Below the pieces are notes generated by a model. That model ran no database searches. It was not told the DNA's origin and saw only the letters and a program-made list of their open reading frames with translations. Shown in pieces: positions 29,693 to 38,779 of a DNA stretch of 64,000 bases. The position numbers and the translations under genes are program-made. The stretch is from a virus. How positions within the stretch are numbered: position 1 is the stretch's first letter; every line of letters begins with the position of its first letter. The DNA lies in IMG/VR virus record IMGVR_UViG_3300027724_000010, positions 5,815 through 69,814 of that record; one strand, 5' to 3'.

Positions 29693-30763
29693 TTTGTTAT
29701 CACTAAGACTCTTTATTCTTAGTTTCTGTACTTTTATTTTCGAGTTATAGGTACAGTTCAGACTATATCTTCTACTTTTCAGTAGTGCTGATTTCGTGGA
29801 TATATTATATTCTATAAATTATTATTTATAGTTTCAATATCTAGTCGTTAGGCATTTACTAATATATTATTATTAGATTTAGCAAGGGATTGTCCACTTC
29901 TGGATATTCCCCTTTTAACAGCATTTATACAGAACCCTCATGTAATTTATATATCATTGAAGGAATAATATAAGGTTTAATTATATTAGTAAAATTTATA
30001 ACAGATTTTAGTTTTATATAAATAGAATTATAATAGGAATGATAACTTGCTTCTATATTAAATTTATCTTTTAATAATTTTATTAAAAATAAAACTTCTT
30101 CTTTTGAGAATGAGCAAGTATATATCATATATCCATGTGTAGCTTTACTACCATCATCCATAAACCAAATTGCTAACCCAAAAGAATCAATTTTAGTTAT
30201 AAAATCTTTATTGATAATTTTAATATTATCTTTATAAAAAAAATTTCTATATTTACTAAATATAGGATTAGATTTACTTTTGAAAGTATAATTTTGATTT
30301 AATTTATTTTTAAATCTATTATCTATATTTTCGTAATATCTAAATTTTCCTGCTAATTTAAAATCATTTAAAAAATTATGTTTATATTGACAATACTCTT
30401 TTTGTTTTACACCATGTGCGAAAACCATGCTGGATTGTTTTGCTAATCCTGATATTTTAGATAGGTACCCATCACCTAATAATGAACCAATTATAAATTG
30501 ATCCAAAATATCCGAATCTATACTTAGATATCTATTCGATTTTAAACTATAACGATTTAAATCTGAAATGACCTTTTTTACAGGTATTTTCAGCAAATCA
30601 GCAATTTCTATATTAGTTAATTTATTAGAATATAATTCTAATATATTTTCTGTTAATTTACTTTTTTTTCGTATTTTCATTGTGAATTATTTTTCACAAA
30701 TATACTAAATTAATCCTAATATCCCAACTTTATTATATTAATAAATTGTTAAATATTTTAAAA
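29690..30763 (-). mobile_element. group I intron interrupting the UDG gene after the GQD codons; carries a LAGLIDADG endonuclease ORF
   Basis: UDG ORF breaks at GQD|PYPG; minus-sense R-like CCTAACGACTAGAT (~29843) and S-like GATATAGTCTGAAC (~29748); the last intron base is G (omega-G) immediately before the CCT codon. Confidence 0.65.
29925..30680 (-). CDS. LAGLIDADG homing endonuclease (double-motif)
   Basis: FIIGSLLGDGYLSK and LAIWFMDDGSK motifs ~100 aa apart. Confidence 0.8.
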   Translation of the reverse strand: MKIRKKSKLTENILELYSNKLTNIEIADLLKIPVKKVISDLNRYSLKSNRYLSIDSDILDQFIIGSLLGDGYLSKISGLAKQSSMVFAHGVKQKEYCQYKHNFLNDFKLAGKFRYYENIDNRFKNKLNQNYTFKSKSNPIFSKYRNFFYKDNIKIINKDFITKIDSFGLAIWFMDDGSKATHGYMIYTCSFSKEEVLFLIKLLKDKFNIEASYHSYYNSIYIKLKSVINFTNIIKPYIIPSMIYKLHEGSV

Positions 30764-31009
30764 ATCCTGTCCCAATATAACAACTTTCGTATTATCATAC
30801 TCGCACTCACTAAATGCTCTAAATACTTGATTTTTTTCAGGATATACGATTGTATTTTCATATAATACATCTAAATTATTTAACAATTCGTCTAATCTAG
30901 AATCTAATCCTGTTTCTTTTACAAAATTATTCCACGTTTTAAACTCCGGAACCATTTTTATAATTTTTAGAACCATTTGTAGCTTTAAAAAATCCAACAC
31001 CAAATTCAA
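30758..31009 (-). CDS. uracil-DNA glycosylase, exon 1
   Basis: …VYPEKNQVFRAF…KVVILGQD matches the UDG N-terminal segment up to the water-activating GQDPY loop. Confidence 0.8.
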   Translation of the reverse strand: MNLVLDFLKLQMVLKIIKMVPEFKTWNNFVKETGLDSRLDELLNNLDVLYENTIVYPEKNQVFRAFSECEYDNTKVVILGQDF

Positions 31010-31090
31010 ATAAAATCACACATAATAAATACCACCAGCTTGGTTGTATATCGTCTGGTAACATTAGTTGAACTAGTATAAACGTTTCTG

Positions 31091-31420
31091 TCATATACCT
31101 AATAAATTTTTAATTAAATTAGAAGAATAATTATCATATAATTCTTCCGAATGGTACTGAACGGCAGCTATTGGTAAAGTTTCATGTCGAAATGCTTCAA
31201 TAAGTAAACCACCATCTTCAGTAGAGTCTTCAGAAAACAATAAAGGTTCTAAATCTTTACCTAAATTCAATAAACAAACAGCTTGATGATGATGAGAATT
31301 TACTTTAAATTCTTTAGTATGTTTTTTTACAGTATATGGTGTATCAATACCAGAATAAACGTCGTGAGCTGTAGCCCATCTACTAGATGATTGTGGATGA
31401 TATATTAAATTTTGAGTCAA
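31091..31420 (-). CDS. class-I GATase-like gamma-glutamyl hydrolase, exon 2
   Basis: …SHHHQAV…LPIAAVQYHSEE corresponds to the catalytic His/Glu region of class-I amidotransferases. Confidence 0.65.
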   Translation of the reverse strand: MTQNLIYHPQSSSRWATAHDVYSGIDTPYTVKKHTKEFKVNSHHHQAVCLLNLGKDLEPLLFSEDSTEDGGLLIEAFRHETLPIAAVQYHSEELYDNYSSNLIKNLLGI

Positions 31421-31423
31421 CTT

Positions 31424-32410
31424 AGATCCAAAATATACTGCTAATTGTTGTCAATTTGTTATCTTACAAGTTCTTTATCTTGTAATTCTTATAGTTTCCT
31501 ATAAGTTCAGACTATATCATATTCTTTATAATTTATTTACTTTTTATAACTATTATTAATATTTTTTATTATATTTGCACTTATGAATAAAAATGAACAA
31601 ATAGTAAAATCGCTTCATAAAGAAGGATTAAACGATAGTCAAATTAATGCTATAAGTGGTATATATAGAAGTACTGTTGGTAAAATACGTAAAAAATTAG
31701 ATTTAGAATCTAATGGTTCTAAATATGTACCATTATACAGTAAACTTAAAGAACTCTATTTGGATAATCTAACGGATTCTGAAATAGCTAAAAAATTAGA
31801 TATATCAGATAAAGCTGTATTCTATATTAGAAAACAATTAGATTTAAAAACCAAATTTAAAGTTAAAAAATATTATAACTCTATTGATAAAAGAAAAGGT
31901 TACTGGTTACGTAATATTCGTAATTCAGCAATGCAAAGAAATTTAGATTATAACTTACAAATAGAAGATTTTGATTTACCAGAATTTTGTCCACTACTTG
32001 GGACAAAATTAAATTATAATGGTAAACCAAATGATCCTTATAACGCTAGTATAGATCGTATAGATAATACTAAAGGTTATATTAAAGGTAATGTTATAGT
32101 TATATCTAGAAAAGCTAACCAAATGAAAAATTCTGGTACACTTGACGAATTATTAACTTTTGCTTCTAATATCAATATTCTTGTAAATTATTATAAAGAT
32201 CAAGGCGCTCTTGGAGATATTACCGACGTATTTCCAAACATAGTATTATGTAAAGAAATTTAGTCTCGATCTCTAGTCGTTGAACTTTTAAAGTTATTTC
32301 TAACTAAACTTAGCTGCTGATTGACATATACAATATATATTGTACTTAGTGTTCCAGCAATTCACCTCATTTTTAACCATAAATCACTTTATGGTGGGTC
32401 CCAACATTAG
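31424..32410 (-). mobile_element. group I intron in the class-I GATase gene, carrying an antisense HNH endonuclease ORF in its P8 region
   Basis: host ORF breaks right after GICLGF; minus-sense R AAAGTTCAACGACTAG (~32280) and S GATATAGTCTGAAC (~31503); plausible U/G splice sites giving …GICLGF|TQNLIYHPQ…. Confidence 0.6.
31583..32263 (+). CDS. HNH homing endonuclease (IDRIDN-type) with an N-terminal helix-turn-helix-like region
   Basis: PLLGTKLNYNGKPNDPYNASIDRIDNTKGYIKGNVIVISRKANQMKN; encoded opposite to the surrounding genes and the intron. Confidence 0.75.
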   Translation: MNKNEQIVKSLHKEGLNDSQINAISGIYRSTVGKIRKKLDLESNGSKYVPLYSKLKELYLDNLTDSEIAKKLDISDKAVFYIRKQLDLKTKFKVKKYYNSIDKRKGYWLRNIRNSAMQRNLDYNLQIEDFDLPEFCPLLGTKLNYNGKPNDPYNASIDRIDNTKGYIKGNVIVISRKANQMKNSGTLDELLTFASNINILVNYYKDQGALGDITDVFPNIVLCKEI

Positions 32411-32721
32411 TTAAACCCTAAACATATACCGAATATAGGAGTTTTAGAATCAATATACGCTTTCAATCTATTATTCATAAAGAAATCTTTATAAACATCT
32501 GTATTAGAAGTATAAAATCCTGGTACTTCACCATAATTTGCTGGATTAACATCTAATCCACCTGGTAATAGTATCATATCTACATCTACTTTTTCTTCCC
32601 ACGGTAATATAATACGTGGATTACCAAAATTACTAATAAACTCTAAATATGTTTTATTAGCACCAAAACTGTTATCACCCATAGATGATCCTGGAATACC
32701 TATTACTTTTTTTTTACTCAT
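32407..32721 (-). CDS. class-I GATase-like gamma-glutamyl hydrolase, exon 1
   Basis: ILLPGGLDV…PIFGICLGF nucleophile-elbow region; the ORF stops immediately after it. Confidence 0.65.
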   Translation of the reverse strand: MSKKKVIGIPGSSMGDNSFGANKTYLEFISNFGNPRIILPWEEKVDVDMILLPGGLDVNPANYGEVPGFYTSNTDVYKDFFMNNRLKAYIDSKTPIFGICLGFN

Positions 32722-33116
32722 TATTTTGTTATTTTATTTATCCACATCTTTATAGTATTACCACTAGATGGATTTATAAAAGTTTTTACTAACAACCAGT
32801 TATTATTCTTTTCTAATACTTTCTCAAGAAATACACAAGTACCATAACCATTTGTATTTATAATTAAATCATTATGACGTTTTGCTATTTCTGTAAATAA
32901 TTCTGATATAGCATCTATATGATCACTACTAAAATCACTATATCCAGTCATTCTAAAATTACCTATTTCGGATGCACCGCAACAATAAGGTAAGTCACTT
33001 ATTAACATATCTATAGTAGATAAACCATTATTATAACTTATTATTAATTGATCATATTTAAATAAACTATCTATCCAACTTTTTAAATCTTTAATTTTAT
33101 ATTTGTTTTCCATCAA
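32721..33116 (-). CDS. hypothetical protein
   Basis: 131-aa ORF; TGATG overlap with the GATase exon. Confidence 0.5.
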   Translation of the reverse strand: MMENKYKIKDLKSWIDSLFKYDQLIISYNNGLSTIDMLISDLPYCCGASEIGNFRMTGYSDFSSDHIDAISELFTEIAKRHNDLIINTNGYGTCVFLEKVLEKNNNWLLVKTFINPSSGNTIKMWINKITK

Positions 33117-33181
33117 CCACCTAAACTATCGTTAATAATATCTCCATTATCATCAAATGGATTTGTTAATTGTTTCATCTT

Positions 33182-33712
33182 TTAAATATTTATTACTGAA
33201 ATATAAACTCTATTTTTAGTTCTTTTATTTACAACATCATGTATATCTTTCCAACCATTAGTTTTTAATAACTTTCTTTGGTGAGTATTTTGCTCTATAT
33301 CTGTACATAGTATAGATGAGTAGTTTAATACTCTACCTATATCTTGTCTAAATTGGTTTAAAATAGTACCAATACGCATACCACGATATTTTTCAGTTAC
33401 ATTAACATTACAACTAACCATAAAAGCACAACAATGTGGCATCTGATATAGCTTCCATGTAGATATAACTTCTTCTTCGTATTTTACAGCATAATCGCCT
33501 AATCCTAAATTAGTTGCAACAAATACATAGTTATTCATATCAAATGGTACACCACGTTCTTTAGCATCTTCTCTAGCTTCTTCTTCTGATTTTGAGTATT
33601 TCAACTCACCTATTAGATTTTTATCTTTATAAAAAGTTATATCATTAATATCACAAGATAATATTCCTGCTAATATTTTACGATATTTATCTAATATCTC
33701 TAATGTTTTCAT
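33182..33712 (-). CDS. GNAT-family N-acetyltransferase
   Basis: YRGMRIGTILNQF (R/Q-x-x-G-x-G/A acetyl-CoA loop) in the right position of a 176-aa protein. Confidence 0.6.
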   Translation of the reverse strand: MKTLEILDKYRKILAGILSCDINDITFYKDKNLIGELKYSKSEEEAREDAKERGVPFDMNNYVFVATNLGLGDYAVKYEEEVISTWKLYQMPHCCAFMVSCNVNVTEKYRGMRIGTILNQFRQDIGRVLNYSSILCTDIEQNTHQRKLLKTNGWKDIHDVVNKRTKNRVYISVINI

Positions 33713-34673
33713 CTCTTTTTAATTTTTGTTTAAACAACTCTTCTAAATCTTCATAACTATATTCTACTACAAAAGCAAATGGATCTTTACATCCAGTATC
33801 TAATGGTAGATTAAAATAGTTAAGACCATATTCGTTTGTATATTCTATACATTTTTTAACTCCTGTTGCATCGTTATCATAATTTACATAAATAGTTTTA
33901 AACCTTGTTTGTAAATCATAAATATCGAAAGGAGATATAAACATATTTTCTGTATGCGGAGCTATTGCGGGATATCCAAGTTTAGACCAAACTATTATAT
34001 CTTTATAACTTTTAGTAATTATTAGTATATCACCTTTTTCTGGTAATTTATCATAACCTTGTATATGACCAGCTACATTTTTACCATAAAACTTTAATCT
34101 TGGATCTTTAGCTAGTGGTCTATAACCTTTATATATTTGATTTTTTTTATCAAACATATATATAAATAACGGATCTCCAATTTTAGATTTATGCCATATA
34201 ATACCATTATTTCTAATCTCACCAGAATAAATATCCCAATATTTTAAATCTTGTGCTGTAATATTTGCTTTACTCCAATATTCTAATTCCCAATCATGAA
34301 AATAATTTCTAATCTTGCAATAAGATTCGATTTCATTTGTTATAGGAGTATTTATTGTTATTTTTTTATGTTCTTTATTTAAGTATATATCGTTATATAT
34401 TTTATCGTAAGCTTGAGCTATTGATATATTAAAATATTGAGCAACAAATTCTACAGCGTTTTTTGGATTATTACTAATACCAAAATCAGTCCATTTCCAT
34501 TCACCATTATAAAAAGAAATTCTAAAACTAGCATTTCCTTCAGTACGAAGTGGAGATTTTATCCATTGATTATTCTCAAATTCTCCTATATAATAAATAT
34601 ATATATCTTCATCAGATACATAGTTATTTAAATCTTTTTTAGTGTAAATGTATATATTATTTATATCAAACAT
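33687..34673 (-). CDS. putative DNA primase (TOPRIM-type)
   Basis: C-terminal half has ILIITKSYKD…YVNYDNDATGVKK resembling TOPRIM DxDxAG; N-terminal region RTEGNASFRI…W; located next to the DnaB-like helicase block. Confidence 0.45.
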   Translation of the reverse strand: MFDINNIYIYTKKDLNNYVSDEDIYIYYIGEFENNQWIKSPLRTEGNASFRISFYNGEWKWTDFGISNNPKNAVEFVAQYFNISIAQAYDKIYNDIYLNKEHKKITINTPITNEIESYCKIRNYFHDWELEYWSKANITAQDLKYWDIYSGEIRNNGIIWHKSKIGDPLFIYMFDKKNQIYKGYRPLAKDPRLKFYGKNVAGHIQGYDKLPEKGDILIITKSYKDIIVWSKLGYPAIAPHTENMFISPFDIYDLQTRFKTIYVNYDNDATGVKKCIEYTNEYGLNYFNLPLDTGCKDPFAFVVEYSYEDLEELFKQKLKRDENIRDIR

Positions 34674-34684
34674 TCTATATTATA

Positions 34685-34716
34685 TAAAAAAAGAGAGTAG
34701 CATTACACTACTCTCT
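34685..34716 (-). terminator. rho-independent terminator (minus strand)
   Basis: GAGAGTAG-CATTACA-CTACTCTC hairpin followed on the minus strand by T7. Confidence 0.55.
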
Positions 34717-34747
34717 AATAATCAAAAATATTTAAAATGCATACACG

Positions 34748-35377
34748 TTATATGTCATCAATACTAGATATTGACAATTTTGTATCATCTTCTTCTTCTG
34801 CAACACCAGTTAATCCAGCAGCTTCTATCAAATCTAATTCATAAGAAGTATATTGAAAATCTGGTTTACCATCTATCATTGGTTGTATTACACCTTTACC
34901 CCTGTATTTAGGTAATTTACTATAACCATTTTTATCCTTTACTACTTTTAAGTATACAGGATCATTGGTTTTATTAGTATTTACAACTTCACAATACTTT
35001 TCTACAAACTCATCAAATGTTTGTACTGCCGGTATTGTATTCATTGTAGCTTGACTAACTCCACAAGATGTAGCTATATGTCTAATATACCCCATATATT
35101 GCTTCATTAATCTATCATACTCTTCTTGAGCAGTCTCTGTTGTACCATCTTCTTTTAAACGATTATTATTACAGTACTCCAATTTAGGAGGTAATAATGA
35201 ATCAGTTAAAAACGAAATAGTATCATCACTATCATTTATGCGTTTAAACATAAACTTTACAGCAGAAATATGCTCATTTGGTTCTACTGAATGTAAAACT
35301 ACATTATCTACTGCTGTACTTACTGGAAACGGTACTGTGGTTCTTTTTTTACCACCTGTGTTATTAATATCAAACAT
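34748..35377 (-). CDS. hypothetical protein with an acidic C-terminal tail (possible ssDNA-binding protein)
   Basis: 209-aa ORF ending …AEEEDDTKLSISSIDDI, reminiscent of phage SSB acidic tails; no OB motif verified. Confidence 0.5.
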   Translation of the reverse strand: MFDINNTGGKKRTTVPFPVSTAVDNVVLHSVEPNEHISAVKFMFKRINDSDDTISFLTDSLLPPKLEYCNNNRLKEDGTTETAQEEYDRLMKQYMGYIRHIATSCGVSQATMNTIPAVQTFDEFVEKYCEVVNTNKTNDPVYLKVVKDKNGYSKLPKYRGKGVIQPMIDGKPDFQYTSYELDLIEAAGLTGVAEEEDDTKLSISSIDDI

Positions 35378-35395
35378 ATTTTATGTATTTAATTT

Positions 35396-35734
35396 TTATT
35401 TGTTATTTGTTATTTCTACTTTTTTGTTTTTAATAGCAGTTAAGTAATCTGCATTTTTATGTAAATTTATATAACTAGAATGAACAGCTTGTAAGCTATC
35501 CAAATCTGTTGTTGTTCGAATTATATCTAAAGCATCATCTAACTCACTTCTACCTTTAGAAGCCCAATCTCTAAGAATACCACCAGTATCTTCTGATATA
35601 AGAAACTCTGGTACATCTGTAAATAACCCTGTTCTATCTTTAGATGAAGTCGCTAAATGATTATCATTAGTAATCTCAAACACTAAATCCATTTCGTAAC
35701 TAAAACCATCTCTTGTAACTTCTTGTAAACCCAT
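35396..35734 (-). CDS. RecA-fold ATPase (Sak4/AAA_24-like), exon 2
   Basis: continues the RecA-like core (…DLVFEI…SSKDRTG…) after the intron. Confidence 0.5.
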   Translation of the reverse strand: MGLQEVTRDGFSYEMDLVFEITNDNHLATSSKDRTGLFTDVPEFLISEDTGGILRDWASKGRSELDDALDIIRTTTDLDSLQAVHSSYINLHKNADYLTAIKNKKVEITNNK

Positions 35735-36321
35735 TTTTTGTACAGTATTTTTACCGTTAGATCCAGTAACAATAGCAAACTCTTCTTTTCTTCTAACAGT
35801 ACAAAATACATGACAACTTGATGTTAATATCGCATCAATGAAACGATTATGTCTTGGAGTTACACTACCCCAATTCTGAAATGTACCACCTAATCTAGAA
35901 TGTATTTCTAAACAACCCGTTTAGATTCTTATTATTTCTAATAAGCTTAGACTATATCTTATTTATTATTAAGCATGTATTTACTATTATAAATATAATT
36001 AATATTATTAATTGTATTAACAATACAATAAATACCAGAAACTGGTGAAACGGATCTCCAGTTACTTAATATAAATTGCTCCGTTTCGGGAATACTATTT
36101 AGTATTTTATCCCTACTCCCCATCACAGGGATAGTCGTTGAACTTTCACCATTTAAGGCGCTTAGCTGCTGATTGTCCATTTTATAAATATTTTTTGCAA
36201 ATATACAATAAATATTTAAATATATATATTATTTTCAAACTTTCACGCTTATTTTTTCAAATTACGTTGTAGTTAACATATCTTTAGGAGTTTCCAGCAA
36301 TTAGAAGCATAAAGGCAGTTG
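35735..36321 (-). mobile_element. ORF-less group I intron in the RecA-fold ATPase gene, homologous to the GATase intron core
   Basis: minus-sense R AAAGTTCAACGACT (~36145) and S GATATAGTCTAAGC (~35950); shares agtcgttgaacttt…cttagctgctgattg…ccagcaatt blocks with 32270-32370; elevated local GC. Confidence 0.6.
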
Positions 36322-36645
36322 TTATTTACCTTCTCCGCTCCATTCATGTGTGATACTATCTATTATAATTACATCCATTTCAGCTTTTTCTGCTGTATGG
36401 ATAGCTTCAATATATCTTTCTGGAGTATACGGCGCTGTTAAACTTATAGTATTAAACTCACCCATATCCGAATATAAAGAAGCAGAATCTCTCTCTGTGT
36501 CTATTACACAAATCTTAGACCAATCTCCACATAACCCATATGCTGTTTTTAAAGCACTATAGGTTTTACCACTACCTGCTGATGCAGAAAATAGTATTCT
36601 CAATTTTTTAGCTTTCTTGGAAGCTTTCTTTAAAACAAAACTCAT
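36322..36645 (-). CDS. RecA-fold ATPase (Sak4/AAA_24-like), exon 1
   Basis: Walker A SASAGSGKT and Walker B VIIIDSITHEW. Confidence 0.65.
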   Translation of the reverse strand: MSFVLKKASKKAKKLRILFSASAGSGKTYSALKTAYGLCGDWSKICVIDTERDSASLYSDMGEFNTISLTAPYTPERYIEAIHTAEKAEMDVIIIDSITHEWSGEGK

Positions 36646-36673
36646 ACTCTATATTTAAATTTTTTATATTTTA

Positions 36674-37168
36674 TTAATCATAAATCGAACTTTTGATTAG
36701 ATCATCTAACCAAATAGTTCCCGAATTAGGAACTTTTAACAATACACAGGCGTATTCACGAGCGTTTAATTTACGATTATAATCAAAAGATTGATCTTCG
36801 TTTATTAATCCTGTTTTAGTTGTATAAACAATACTCTGATCATTTATTTTGATAGTGTATTTAGCAGATGGATCATCAACTACTACATTAAGCTGATCAA
36901 GATGATCTTTATCTATTTTGTAGATAAAAAATCCATTCATATCATAATAATAACTACCATTAACCACATCATGATTCTGAGGTACTACTATATATAAAGG
37001 ATCGCTTTCTATAGCCATCAATCTATTACCAAATACTTTAATAGTATTTGTAGGTTTATGTAATATACAAACACTACAATTTGGTGAATCTATATCTAAT
37101 CTATCTTTTATATATTTTTTTGTTTCTTGGGTTTTCAATATAAAGAACCCAGGTTTTATATTTGACAT
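36674..37168 (-). CDS. hypothetical protein
   Basis: 164-aa ORF. Confidence 0.5.
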   Translation of the reverse strand: MSNIKPGFFILKTQETKKYIKDRLDIDSPNCSVCILHKPTNTIKVFGNRLMAIESDPLYIVVPQNHDVVNGSYYYDMNGFFIYKIDKDHLDQLNVVVDDPSAKYTIKINDQSIVYTTKTGLINEDQSFDYNRKLNAREYACVLLKVPNSGTIWLDDLIKSSIYD

Positions 37169-37178
37169 ATTTTATATT

Positions 37179-38198
37179 TTAATATTCTACATTTTTTCTT
37201 TTAAGAGGTATTATAGTATTTACTTCTAACTTATTAATAAACTCTTGGATAGACTCTCCAACATCTCTCCCTTTGATAATATGAGCATAAAGTATACGTT
37301 CTTCTTTACCGTTTACTACATGAGTAAGCGGTCTTCCATTATATTCTGTACCTTTACCATTAGATTTTAAATATTTATATGGACTATTTAATACTAACAT
37401 TACATCACATATATGATACAACTGTCTACCAAAATAAATATCTGTATATAAAGGATACATAAGTTCACTTTTATGTAATCTTTCTGGTTTTAGCATGGAA
37501 TCGTTTAATTGAGATAATATTAAACTTGTAACACAAGCTTTGTTATTACCATTTTTATCACCATTCGCATTAGAATAACGTTTTTTAATTATATTTAGTT
37601 TATTAACTAAGTTATTAATTGCTTTATGCTCATCATCTCCATCGACTAATAAAGTATGGTCTAAACACATTAATACTTCTTTACCGTATCCAGGTTGACC
37701 TTCTGAACAAAATAAACAAATATAGTTATATATTTCTTCATCTGATCCACCATATTCGTAATAATATATCGGAAGTTTGGATAATGCTTCCAATTGTGAT
37801 TGATCTATATCTATATCAGCAGCTTTGAGATATAAATCTTTAACTTTAATATTATTAGCTGCTGAAATAATTCTACTAATCAATGATCTAACAGGCATTT
37901 CTAAAGTAAAAAACAAAACTACAGTATTCGGATTTGCTATTGGTGCATGCATTATTATATTATTTAATAATGTAGTTTTACCACTACCAGAGTGTCCAGC
38001 TATACAACATACAGTATTTTTTGGAATACCATCTAGCATAGCTTCGTTAAGATTCGAATACGGTGTTTTTATACCGGGTACATACCCATCTTTTAGTTTA
38101 GATATATAATTATTGTATTGATCAATACCTTTTGTTACTGAGATCATATCATTAGTAACACTATTTGCTTTAAAAGAGTTTTTTTTTACAAAATCCAT
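37179..38198 (-). CDS. DnaB-like replicative helicase (RecA-like C-terminal domain)
   Basis: CIAGHSGSGKTTLLNNII…VVLFFTLEMPVRSL…R matches DnaB helicase H1/H1a/H2 motifs. Confidence 0.75.
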   Translation of the reverse strand: MDFVKKNSFKANSVTNDMISVTKGIDQYNNYISKLKDGYVPGIKTPYSNLNEAMLDGIPKNTVCCIAGHSGSGKTTLLNNIIMHAPIANPNTVVLFFTLEMPVRSLISRIISAANNIKVKDLYLKAADIDIDQSQLEALSKLPIYYYEYGGSDEEIYNYICLFCSEGQPGYGKEVLMCLDHTLLVDGDDEHKAINNLVNKLNIIKKRYSNANGDKNGNNKACVTSLILSQLNDSMLKPERLHKSELMYPLYTDIYFGRQLYHICDVMLVLNSPYKYLKSNGKGTEYNGRPLTHVVNGKEERILYAHIIKGRDVGESIQEFINKLEVNTIIPLKRKNVEY

Positions 38199-38245
38199 TT
38201 TTATGTTATATGTTATTTAATTTTTATATTTTATATTTTTATTTT

Positions 38246-38779
38246 TTATACTTCGTATATTACACCATCTAAAAATATAGATTCTGAACTAGAAGAAACA
38301 GATACAGAAGATCTTCTTTGTTCTTCTTTTTTTAATTCTATAATTGTATTGTGTAATCTACTATCAAAAACTCTCGATCTATCATATTTATATATAAAAT
38401 TAATAAGATCTCCCTGATAAGGGTATTGTTTTGATCTACACCAGTATATAGCAGCTTCTATTACATCTTCTGCTGTATAGTTATGTAAGAATTTTTTATA
38501 AGCTACTTTTAACCTACTTTGTAAAGCGTTGCTACTACATCTATTACCTTCTGGAAAGGTTTCTAATAAATTTTTTAAGAACTGTTTATCTTCATAAAAT
38601 TTTTGTTTATTTGTTATACCTAATTTACTTGCTGTTTCATCTGTTAATATGAGATTATCAAAAGATAACTCATTATCAAAATCAATTTCTGCAAAACCAT
38701 GTGCTACGAGCGATGCTATAACAGATGGTTCTACCATTCTTGCTAAAGATGCTATTTGATCGTTTGTATAATCATTCAT
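38246..38779 (-). CDS. hypothetical protein
   Basis: 177-aa ORF. Confidence 0.5.
   Translation of the reverse strand: MNDYTNDQIASLARMVEPSVIASLVAHGFAEIDFDNELSFDNLILTDETASKLGITNKQKFYEDKQFLKNLLETFPEGNRCSSNALQSRLKVAYKKFLHNYTAEDVIEAAIYWCRSKQYPYQGDLINFIYKYDRSRVFDSRLHNTIIELKKEEQRRSSVSVSSSSESIFLDGVIYEV

Noticed and set aside
33687-35377. Identical N-termini (MFDINN, ATGTTTGATATWAATAA) of the primase-like gene and the adjacent acidic-tail gene as evidence of gene duplication
   Set aside because: Similarity is confined to the first ~17 nt; the rest of the proteins are unrelated, so this more likely reflects a shared translation-initiation context than paralogy.
35959-36180. 73-aa ORF inside the ATPase intron as a degenerate homing endonuclease
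   Set aside because: No LAGLIDADG, GIY-YIG, HNH or His-Cys motifs; the region corresponds to GC-rich paired elements of the intron core.
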